Shown here: in pieces, positions 25,188 through 32,734 of the stretch
How positions within the stretch are numbered: position 1 is the first letter of the stretch
Layout: each line of letters starts with the position of its first letter
Source of the DNA: a virus
Taxonomy: Duplodnaviria; Heunggongvirae; Uroviricota; Caudoviricetes
Virus record (IMG/VR): IMGVR_UViG_638275430_000001
Span: 86,274-150,273 of that record
Direction: 5' to 3' (one strand)
Length of the DNA: 64,000 bases
Notes under the pieces: generated by a model
The model's input: only the letters and a program-made list of their open reading frames with translations
What the model was told of the DNA's origin: nothing
Databases searched by the model: none
Position numbers and translations under genes: made by a program

Positions 25188-25242
25188 CAGGCTCACTTTT
25201 TGATTTCATCCGCAGAAAAGTTTTGATTGCTGAACGGAGCCT
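25188..25242 (-). ncRNA. Minimal motif RNA
   Basis: AGGCTC-CGTTCAGCAATCAA ... GAGCCT-G. Confidence 0.7.
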
Positions 25243-25249
25243 TATAAAG

Positions 25250-25279
25250 ATTGTATCACGTTTTATCAACGTTGTAAAC
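25250..25279 (-). promoter_or_regulatory. T4-type early promoter
   Basis: GTTTACA-N17-TACAAT. Confidence 0.75.
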
Positions 25280-25317
25280 TATCTTTTATTTATGCTCTAC
25301 TTTAAGAGCATGTGATA

Positions 25318-25347
25318 ATGATAGCATACGGTTCATAGAGTGTAAAC
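25318..25347 (-). promoter_or_regulatory. T4-type early promoter
   Basis: GTTTACA-N17-TATCAT. Confidence 0.7.
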
Positions 25348-25367
25348 ATTCTTTATCACGATATCCC

Positions 25368-25507
25368 AACATTGCTTCATGCTACTGCCGGTTGAGTCCG
25401 AAGACCGACTAAGGGTTCACTTCCGCTTTAGATTTACGGCATACCGTGATAAAGACAGTCCGCATCGCAAATTGGACACAACGGCATCGCAATCTGCCAC
25501 TAATGTT
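25368..25507 (-). ncRNA. Candidate late structured RNA
   Basis: Begins just after CTAAATA (25507-25513); AACATT/AATGTT terminal stem; internal TTGCGATGC repeat and CTTCGG hairpin. Confidence 0.45.
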
Positions 25508-25611
25508 ATTTAGTGTCTACTGTCAATCAGCTTTGGGTGGGTGCTGATTCCGTCCCACGAGCGTGAGCCACCGATACACGCTCGGAAAGATCTTACGGTT
25601 TATCGAATTCT

Positions 25612-25836
25612 TTACTTGTCGTAATAATACGGCTTACATTGACCTTCGAACTTGGTTTTACCGCCGAAGAATCCAGTACGATTCTCGCCATATGTATCTT
25701 GTGCATTTTCTTCCGCGACTTTCAGCGCGGCTCTGCACTCTGCTTCGGTGTCAAACTTCTCAATTGCGTGACTATGTGAGCCCCAATTAGTACCGAAGTT
25801 AACGAACAACGAAGTAATCAACAAGAACTTAATCAT
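25612..25836 (-). CDS. Small secreted or membrane protein
   Basis: Hydrophobic N-terminus; AGGTG RBS. Confidence 0.6.
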   Translation of the reverse strand: MIKFLLITSLFVNFGTNWGSHSHAIEKFDTEAECRAALKVAEENAQDTYGENRTGFFGGKTKFEGQCKPYYYDK

Positions 25837-25861
25837 AACATCACCTATTGGTATAGTAAAC

Positions 25862-26149
25862 TTATTTAGTATCGCAGGAATACACTTCTTTCACGCGAGT
25901 AACAGAACGTTTGGTAACGTTGATCGAACTACCCTGATACCAGCGAGACTCTGAATCCAGCACTTTGTCAACAACTGCCTCCGATTTGGGTAGAATAGCG
26001 TCGAAACAGGTTTTACCCATACTGTCTTTCATGTGTGACCAGATAGACAGTGAGAAACGTTCGATCTTGTTACAGACTTTTACCTTGCACATTTCTTCGG
26101 ACTGAGCACCAAAAGACAACAGCGCAAGCAGAATTACAGCAGCTTTCAT
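25862..26149 (-). CDS. Small secreted Cys-containing protein (start MKAAVI)
   Basis: Signal peptide ending AQS. Confidence 0.65.
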   Translation of the reverse strand: MKAAVILLALLSFGAQSEEMCKVKVCNKIERFSLSIWSHMKDSMGKTCFDAILPKSEAVVDKVLDSESRWYQGSSINVTKRSVTRVKEVYSCDTK

Positions 26150-26472
26150 TCTTCGATCTCCACAACTGCACCGGTTTTTATAAGATGATCCCACAACTTT
26201 TGATAAGAGATCGAGTGATCTTCCTTTTCGTTACAGCAGGAACAACCTTGCTCATAGTACACAGTGATCCAATTCATGTCAAGCTTATAACCGCAGCCAT
26301 AGAAATGACGACTGCCGTGACTCGGTTTACCCAGTTCATAGTTGACGACATCTTCCAGAGCGTTATCAATACCGTCAGAGTCGATGAAGTCTTCCGGTGC
26401 GTCTTGTTTACGCAAAGCGTCCATAAAGTCAAACAGATTATCAATTTGCATTTTATTTTCCTCATTAGCCAT
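26146..26472 (-). CDS. Hypothetical protein, 108 aa
   Basis: Coupled ORF. Confidence 0.6.
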   Translation of the reverse strand: MANEENKMQIDNLFDFMDALRKQDAPEDFIDSDGIDNALEDVVNYELGKPSHGSRHFYGCGYKLDMNWITVYYEQGCSCCNEKEDHSISYQKLWDHLIKTGAVVEIEE

Positions 26473-26547
26473 AGTAATACGTTATCGCATTAATATGGCG
26501 GCTCTTTCGAGCCACCTCTTAGAAATCAGGCCATTCGTCTTTCACGA

Positions 26548-27651
26548 TTAGACCTCCTTGAACTCCACGATACTTGAAATCTCGTTGAACTCGCCGTATT
26601 TCTTCATTGATGGAACAAGATTTCCGTTCTCGCCATGAATCAGATCTGGGTTTTCTTTCCACTTATTAGCTGATACGTATTCTTGCACAGCTTTCGTGTC
26701 CAAGTCAACAACTAATTTCGGACTAATTTTCAGTGGATATTCGCGAGTCCGATCATTCTCCGCACCAGCTACCACGATTCGAGTCATCAGATCGGCATGA
26801 TACAGATGATCGTTGTCCTGACTGCCGTATTGTTGTGGGTTAAACTCGATGTTGAGTTCACACAACATACTAACAAACTTACGAAGTCCGATATGCAGCT
26901 CTGCATTAGCGGCAGTGAGTTTAATAACACGGTTTGTCAAGTTGTTTTTAGAGTAGGGACCCATTCCTACATTGACAACACTATCGTATTCCCAAGAGAA
27001 TCCCATACTGAGATATTCGTTGAACAGATCTTTTGTCAGTTCTTCGCGAATGATCTCGGGCGCTTTCTGAATTTCTTCCATTCTGAACGCGAGTTCTTCT
27101 TTAGTCAAGCGTTTTTTATCCGGATCTCGAAGTTCTAGTTTGGCGAAACTTTCGCGGATCTTTTTGTGCGACTCAATAACGTATTCTTTGTTCCAAGAGT
27201 GTTCAAACGTGCGGTCGTATTCTGCTACCATCAGATCATATACTTTTCGCTTGATTACCATGAACATAACCTGAGATTTCTTACCGCCCATAAACGATGA
27301 GGCTGGTTGAATATACAAAGCTTCCTCATGCATTAAGTCTTGATATGACAGCTTGTTCAGATCGAATAGATCGTCGATGTTAACATTGCGATCTTCGTCA
27401 CAGACGATATGAGTCTTTACCATGTCTTGGAACGCTTGGTATGCGGCATTATCTTCGATCTCGAAGTTACCATAGTCGTCATACGTCGCATACAATGGAA
27501 GATGCAGTGCAAGCTGGTATCGATCCCAGTTATAGCAACCAGGTGCGGCTGGGATAGTTTCTCCGTGACAAACGAGTGCCAGTAAAACAACCGGCTCGCC
27601 ACAAGTAACGATATGACGACTAACGCCACAAATAGTATTGAAAGAACCCAC
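26548..27651 (-). CDS. Hypothetical protein, 367 aa
   Basis: Long GTG ORF with AAGGA RBS. Confidence 0.8.
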   Translation of the reverse strand: MGSFNTICGVSRHIVTCGEPVVLLALVCHGETIPAAPGCYNWDRYQLALHLPLYATYDDYGNFEIEDNAAYQAFQDMVKTHIVCDEDRNVNIDDLFDLNKLSYQDLMHEEALYIQPASSFMGGKKSQVMFMVIKRKVYDLMVAEYDRTFEHSWNKEYVIESHKKIRESFAKLELRDPDKKRLTKEELAFRMEEIQKAPEIIREELTKDLFNEYLSMGFSWEYDSVVNVGMGPYSKNNLTNRVIKLTAANAELHIGLRKFVSMLCELNIEFNPQQYGSQDNDHLYHADLMTRIVVAGAENDRTREYPLKISPKLVVDLDTKAVQEYVSANKWKENPDLIHGENGNLVPSMKKYGEFNEISSIVEFKEV

Positions 27652-27671
27652 GATATTTTCCTTTTGGTTAC

Positions 27672-27696
27672 AAAAAAGCCCCAGTTAAGGGGCTTT
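27672..27696 (-). terminator. Rho-independent terminator
   Basis: AAGCCCC/GGGGCTT hairpin plus U tract. Confidence 0.8.
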
Positions 27697-27703
27697 CGAA
27701 TTG

Positions 27704-28093
27704 TTAAGCGATAGCTTCCAGGACAGCTTCCAGAGATTCTTCGATCATGACGCGATTCGGTACGTCATACTCGGAAGTGCGGAAACTCAACAGAACTTCA
27801 CCATGGATGTTCTCATGCAGACCAACGATCTTGTCAGCACCAACTACGAACTTCTCGATACCGCGGTGTTCAACCGGAGTAACAACGGCGCGCTTGAGGT
27901 AGCAATCTTTCAGTTTCAGTGCCAGATCTTCGAAACGTTCAGAAACGGTATACACAGTCGGCAGTTGACCGTCAACTTTTACAGTCAGCAGGGTCTTACC
28001 AGAGCGCAGCTTTACCAGGCCAACAACTTTCTCGGAGTTGACTACAAAACGGGTGATGTTACCAGCTACCGGGGATACAACAAAACGGGACAT
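27704..28093 (-). CDS. Hypothetical protein with an internal tandem duplication
   Basis: Two ~60-aa halves (RFVV..EKVVGL / KFVV..DKIVGL). Confidence 0.7.
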   Translation of the reverse strand: MSRFVVSPVAGNITRFVVNSEKVVGLVKLRSGKTLLTVKVDGQLPTVYTVSERFEDLALKLKDCYLKRAVVTPVEHRGIEKFVVGADKIVGLHENIHGEVLLSFRTSEYDVPNRVMIEESLEAVLEAIA

Positions 28094-28102
28094 TTTAGTT
28101 CC

Positions 28103-28339
28103 TTAAACAGTGATAGAAAATACATACTGGTCATTCTGAATGATTCCAGCGTTGTTGTCAACGAAAATTTTGAAATTCATTTCCTTTGACGTTTCGATGT
28201 GAGCTTTCGCAGCTTCTAATGCTACTACACTCGGGTATTCATGTCTAGCACCCGCGAAAATACAGATGCCGTTTAAACCATAGACTCGGCCACTAAAGCT
28301 TCCGTCTTCATCTTGGTCTAGTATACAGATTAATTTCAA
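28103..28339 (-). CDS. Hypothetical protein, 78 aa (start uncertain)
   Basis: Co-oriented ORF. Confidence 0.5.
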   Translation of the reverse strand: MKLICILDQDEDGSFSGRVYGLNGICIFAGARHEYPSVVALEAAKAHIETSKEMNFKIFVDNNAGIIQNDQYVFSITV

Positions 28340-28358
28340 CGTGTCAATCTCTTTTATT

Positions 28359-28447
28359 TGGTGCGAGTGGTGAGGATCGAACTCACATGGCGCGTTAGCA
28401 CCGGCAAATTTTAAGTCTGCTGCCTATACCGATTCGGCTACACTCGC
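28359..28447 (-). tRNA. tRNA-Leu(TAA)
   Basis: Class II cloverleaf, loop CT-TAA-AA, CCA. Confidence 0.95.
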
Positions 28448-28452
28448 AATTC

Positions 28453-28537
28453 TGGTGGGAGTAGTGGGATTCGAACCCACACGACTATTGTCAACAAGGT
28501 TTGAGCTTGCCCTGTATGCCAGTTCCAGCATACTCCC
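28453..28537 (-). tRNA. tRNA-Leu(CAA)
   Basis: Class II cloverleaf, loop CT-CAA-AC, CCA. Confidence 0.95.
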
Positions 28538-28624
28538 AAAAATAATGCCAGTCCGGATCTCTTCTCGTATAAATTGGACTTTATGGGATTTGTCAGATCC
28601 GACTGGACTTTTTCTTTTGTGTAA

Positions 28625-28745
28625 AACACATTGTCCGGGTGGCGGGACTCGAACCCACAACCCACTGCTTCTTCTGTACTCTCGTTAGAAAGCACAGGAG
28701 AAGGCAGATGCGCTATCCTGTTGCGCCACACCCGGACAATGTGTT
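28625..28745 (-). ncRNA. tRNA-Arg(TCT)-like with a 28-nt anticodon-arm insert, CCA-less, 17-bp clamp
   Basis: TCTGC-CTTCT[CCTGTGCTTTCTAACGAGAGTACAGAAG]AA-GCAGT; AACACATTGTCCGGGTG pairs with CACCCGGACAATGTGTT. Confidence 0.8.
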
Positions 28746-28759
28746 CTAATAGACTGGAA

Positions 28760-29254
28760 TCAAGGACTCCAGTCAAAATTTAAATCTTCCGTGTATTCTT
28801 CAAGTATACACAGCTTGTAATCGATTGTAAAGCTTTTTGGCAAAACAAAATCAGGACCAACATCATAACTAGCGGTAATGTGTGGATGATAGTCAGGATA
28901 ATCATGAGTTGCCCCATGCTTTTCTCTGATCTCTTTGTGTCTAGCACCAAACCATGGGTCGGTCAACTTGAGCACAAGAGCACGTTTGCCGCTTTGAGTT
29001 TCAAAGATATCAGGTATCATGACTCCTTGCAACACTTTATCGATCTTACCGCTTGCTTGAAACTCAGGCAAGTATTTTCTTGAGTAGACCAACGTGGTAT
29101 GCATTTTGTCATAGGGGACAAGATTAGGTATCCCCATTTCTCTGCATCTTCGAACAATTGCCATTGCAGTGCGCGGCTTATACCGTACTGCTACGTAAGT
29201 GCCGCGCGTGTCTTGCTTAGTCGCTTCTGTGAATTCAGAAAACGACTTTAACAT
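28760..29254 (-). CDS. 57B: gp57B / Acb1-like 2H phosphoesterase
   Basis: Two HxT motifs (HTTLVYS, HITASY); TYVAVRY N-terminus; synteny with 57A and gene 1. Confidence 0.85.
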   Translation of the reverse strand: MLKSFSEFTEATKQDTRGTYVAVRYKPRTAMAIVRRCREMGIPNLVPYDKMHTTLVYSRKYLPEFQASGKIDKVLQGVMIPDIFETQSGKRALVLKLTDPWFGARHKEIREKHGATHDYPDYHPHITASYDVGPDFVLPKSFTIDYKLCILEEYTEDLNFDWSP

Positions 29255-29487
29255 TACTCGGTTACCAGCTCGCCGTCAACTGCTTTCGGAGCTTTCAGAT
29301 CAGCGATTGCTTTCAGATAAGCTTCCGGTTGAGAAGCGTCTTCGCCTACCAGGCCCAGTTCTTTAGCCAGTTGAGCAAAGAAACCCTGATAAAACTCAGT
29401 TTCTTGAGTACGGGCTTCTTGGGCATCAAACAGACGAACTTTCAGGGTGTTCAGTTGCGCTTGCAGTTGTTGAACTTGTTCTTGCAT
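29254..29487 (-). CDS. 57A: gp57A tail-fibre chaperone
   Basis: LKVRLFDAQE coiled coil; synteny. Confidence 0.8.
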   Translation of the reverse strand: MQEQVQQLQAQLNTLKVRLFDAQEARTQETEFYQGFFAQLAKELGLVGEDASQPEAYLKAIADLKAPKAVDGELVTE

Positions 29488-30140
29488 TTCAATTCCTTAT
29501 ATGTTGTTAATACTTGATCACTAAGTGCCGCTAATGTCGCGTCATTGTGAATTATTGGTTCATGTTCTAGCGGAGTTAGTCCCCGCTCTGTGATGTGATT
29601 ATCACACAGATTAGTGTCGCGATAAACAAACATCATTTTCCCGAACTCTCGAACAAACTCGATTTCGTGAGTCTGTCTAATGTCTGGGATAATTATATCT
29701 TTATTTAGTGACTTTTTCATTAGAGGCAATAGCCAATAGTTCTTATTGACTGATACCATAATGTCAGTTCCCAGAGTCTGCATCATTCTTCGAATTGTCC
29801 ACGGCTCGTTGTAATCAAGACTTTCAATGATCTTGGTTACTTCCGTATATTCGGCGATGGATATTTTATTATAAGACAAATGCAGCCAACGTAAGCACTC
29901 TCGTATCATTTCAATATCAACCAGAAATAGATCTTCATCACGATTGACGGTTGTTTTACCATCAAAGTCGTCAAATGTTAATCCGAGTTGTCTACCAATA
30001 CCGAAGTCTAATGCGAGTTTGATTGGAAACGCGAGTGAATAAATCTCGGCATTGCCTCCCTGTTCAACTTCGTAATTTCTAATGAAACGAGCGGCAGTAT
30101 CTTTGCCGCTTCGTTTTTTACCGTGAATACCAATTAACAT
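29451..30140 (-). CDS. 1: gp1 dNMP kinase
   Basis: GIHGKKRSGKDT, R..MQTLGTDI, DIRQTHE and HITE motifs. Confidence 0.92.
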   Translation of the reverse strand: MLIGIHGKKRSGKDTAARFIRNYEVEQGGNAEIYSLAFPIKLALDFGIGRQLGLTFDDFDGKTTVNRDEDLFLVDIEMIRECLRWLHLSYNKISIAEYTEVTKIIESLDYNEPWTIRRMMQTLGTDIMVSVNKNYWLLPLMKKSLNKDIIIPDIRQTHEIEFVREFGKMMFVYRDTNLCDNHITERGLTPLEHEPIIHNDATLAALSDQVLTTYKELKCKNKFNNCKRN

Positions 30141-30147
30141 AGTTACC

Positions 30148-30717
30148 TTATGCGTGTGAATAGAATGGATGTAATTTAGGCACACTGCCATTTGATCCAG
30201 CGACATAAGGACGTATTTCTACACCGTCTTTTTCAATGACGAATGACTTATACATAAACTGAACAGGAAGAACTATCGGAGTATTACTTTCATCGGTGTA
30301 CGTAAATTCTACCTCACCTAGATTAGACGGCCAAGCGTCGATAAACTTGAATGTAAGAACGATCTTCTTCTTGGAGTTATCCAAAACGTGGAGCAGCAGT
30401 GTTCTAGGAACAGTGCCGTCAATTTGTGCAGTGCTGTTTAACTTTGCATAGTCTACCACAGATAACATCCACTTGTAAACTTCCACGTATGCGCTTAGGT
30501 GTTCATCAAGTAACACACGGATGTTAAGCGGTTCAAAGTCAACTGCGGTGCCGGGTATTTTCCCAACTGTCATTGGGTTAATAGGTATTTCAATCGGATT
30601 TATATTAATTCCAGGGATGCTCAATCCCTGGACTGCCATTTCAAATGCAACTGTGCCACCCGTGTCTGGAATATCCAGTCGGAAGTTCGTTACGTGAGCT
30701 GGATTACTATGTATCAT
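30148..30717 (-). CDS. 3: gp3 tail tube terminator
   Basis: TNF.L.IP, SIPGI, F..L..R..LDE and LHVLDNSK motifs. Confidence 0.9.
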   Translation of the reverse strand: MIHSNPAHVTNFRLDIPDTGGTVAFEMAVQGLSIPGININPIEIPINPMTVGKIPGTAVDFEPLNIRVLLDEHLSAYVEVYKWMLSVVDYAKLNSTAQIDGTVPRTLLLHVLDNSKKKIVLTFKFIDAWPSNLGEVEFTYTDESNTPIVLPVQFMYKSFVIEKDGVEIRPYVAGSNGSVPKLHPFYSHA

Positions 30718-32561
30718 CTATTTTGCATCCCATGTGGTGTTGTGTTTGAATATGCATGATCAGACGGGAACGCAAACGAGCTGGTATAAATGCTAGTATT
30801 GCTGTTATTGACGTTGTTTGTCATAGCCATTCTAGATTGCATAGCCGTAGCGTCTCGTTGTCTATCACGCTCCTGCTTCTCTGCCTCGGCGCGTTTCAAA
30901 TTCTCTCCACTCGATTCAACAGCAGCACTTTCTGGTGCCATACCGCTTTGAATATTAGCAACCGGAGACAGTTTCTCTTTCAGTGCATTACCGGCGTTGC
31001 TTACCATTTCAGAGACTTTACCGTCGGTAGCATAATCCGCGATATCATATAGATCACTCAATAACAAAGCGGTACCAACAAACGGAATAAACTTAGTCGC
31101 AACTCTACCAACAACTTTAGCAGCTCCAGTCAATGCAGCTTTGCCACCAAGTCTCTCCATAATACCCTTAGTGCCTGCGGCAGCAGCTTTTTGTCCGGCT
31201 TTACCTTCAACAGTTTCAGCAGCTTCACCGAGAGCTTTACCTGGCTTCATTTCGACGTCAGGTGTTTTACCAGGCTCAATAGTTGGCTTAGGCTTTCCGT
31301 TTACATCAACATCAACATTAGGTCTAGGCTTTCCTTTCGCATCAACGTCTGTAGTCGGCTTTTTGCCGTCGATATCAGGCTTGGGTTTTTTGCCGTCAAC
31401 ATCAACACTAGGCTTAGGCTTTTTGAATCCAGGGAAAGCTTTTTCGAATAATGATCCAAGCGACGACTTGATTGCACTAGCGAATTTAATTGCTAGTCCT
31501 CCTAGAGTAGTAATCAACAGGCCAAATCGAGAGAATAATCCAGCGCCTAGACTCGATAGACTACCGAGTAAACCACCGAACATTTTCATGATGCCGCCAA
31601 TCAAGATCATTTTTCCCAAGTCTTTCAGTGTGCCGATCAAAGTCTTGTGACGCTTGTCATTCTCGCCACGCTCCTTCTTATTTTCACCACGTTCTTGACG
31701 TTGCTCTTGATTGTCTTTCTTTGTCTGATCTTCGGCGTTTACATCTTCACCTGTTTGAACTTCTCTAGATGCTTGGAATTTACTAATCTCTTTCTCCTTG
31801 AGACGTTCAAATCTATTTTCCTTTATCTTCTCTACGCCTTTGCTACCGACAAACTTAGCAAATTTGGTGCCCTTACTAGCGACTGTATTCACCGCGGATT
31901 TTGCAATCCCATATCCAGGAATATCTTTGAACAAAGCGGATTCGATACCGCTTGCCATTTGACCAAATGCACCACTCGCGGTTTCTTTGATTGTTGATAA
32001 TGATTCTTTGATAAAGTTGTCGGCAGATTTACGAATAAATCCCTTGTTATTTTCGCGCTCCTGCTTATCTGCTTTCTTCTTGTCCTCATACTCCTTTCGA
32101 CTTGTCAATCCTTTGTCTTTGAGAAACTTTTTCAACTCCGCATCCACATCCGGTTTTGTTTCCGGTGCTGGTGCTGGACTTGGTGTGTCTCCGGTCGGAA
32201 CGTCAGTCTGTGCGGCAGCATTAGCCGCTTGTTCAGAATACCGAACAATCGGACTCTGACTTGCTATTTTGTTTTCTAGCTCCGTTCTACGCTGTAATGC
32301 CTTTTGATATTCGTCCTCAATTTGAGTGCTATTTCGCTGTGAGTAGGCAACCGTGTCCATATAATCGGTAGCACGTTCGGTTGCCTTGACTTTAGCTGAT
32401 ATAGACTTAACAAGCGTATCTTCCGCTTTCGCGACGTCGAGACTGGAATCGGTAGTCATATCGAATGCCGTTTCTAGATCCCTTGCTTGTTTTTTGGTAT
32501 CATCAAGTTGTACAGCGAGCTTTAAACTAGAGTCTTCAAGTATTTCGTTTGCTTCTTTCAC
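30714..32561 (-). CDS. Tape-measure / gp29-like baseplate hub protein
   Basis: 615 aa, helical K/E/A-rich, Gly-rich hydrophobic segments, DVDGKKP repeats; follows the chaperone gene. Confidence 0.6.
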   Translation of the reverse strand: MKEANEILEDSSLKLAVQLDDTKKQARDLETAFDMTTDSSLDVAKAEDTLVKSISAKVKATERATDYMDTVAYSQRNSTQIEDEYQKALQRRTELENKIASQSPIVRYSEQAANAAAQTDVPTGDTPSPAPAPETKPDVDAELKKFLKDKGLTSRKEYEDKKKADKQERENNKGFIRKSADNFIKESLSTIKETASGAFGQMASGIESALFKDIPGYGIAKSAVNTVASKGTKFAKFVGSKGVEKIKENRFERLKEKEISKFQASREVQTGEDVNAEDQTKKDNQEQRQERGENKKERGENDKRHKTLIGTLKDLGKMILIGGIMKMFGGLLGSLSSLGAGLFSRFGLLITTLGGLAIKFASAIKSSLGSLFEKAFPGFKKPKPSVDVDGKKPKPDIDGKKPTTDVDAKGKPRPNVDVDVNGKPKPTIEPGKTPDVEMKPGKALGEAAETVEGKAGQKAAAAGTKGIMERLGGKAALTGAAKVVGRVATKFIPFVGTALLLSDLYDIADYATDGKVSEMVSNAGNALKEKLSPVANIQSGMAPESAAVESSGENLKRAEAEKQERDRQRDATAMQSRMAMTNNVNNSNTSIYTSSFAFPSDHAYSNTTPHGMQNR

Positions 32562-32734
32562 GACTCACTAGCCTCCTTAGCTCGTTTATTTCTGTCATTA
32601 ATGAATAGAGTACGATAAATGGCACGTTCGAAGGGAGTGGTAGTTTCCAATTCTTCAATCGTCCAACCCTCTTTGTGCATTTCGTAATTTACGTTGAATA
32701 AGTCGTAAACCGAATCATTGACGAGGGTCAGTCG
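32558..32734 (-). CDS. -1 frame extension of gp26 (58 codons, gp51 C-terminus-like)
   Basis: No start codon of its own; entered at slippery T TTT TTC; its TGA overlaps the GTG of the next gene. Confidence 0.65.
   Translation of the reverse strand, partial: RLTLVNDSVYDLFNVNYEMHKEGWTIEELETTTPFERAIYRTLFINDRNKRAKEASES

Noticed and set aside
28547-28610. Hairpin CCAGTCGGATCT/AGATCCGGACTGG as a seventh motif RNA
   Set aside because: A strong stem, but it lacks the TT..GCAA element; left unassigned.
829-28776. Plus-strand ORFs in the left arm (e.g. 13039..13971, 4171..4788, 11938..12546)
   Set aside because: They are antisense shadows of well-supported minus-strand genes or tRNAs, with no RBS or motifs.
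31230-31440. DVDGKKPKP repeats in the tape-measure-like gene as a separate repeat system
   Set aside because: In-frame low-complexity linker repeats; degenerate at the DNA level.
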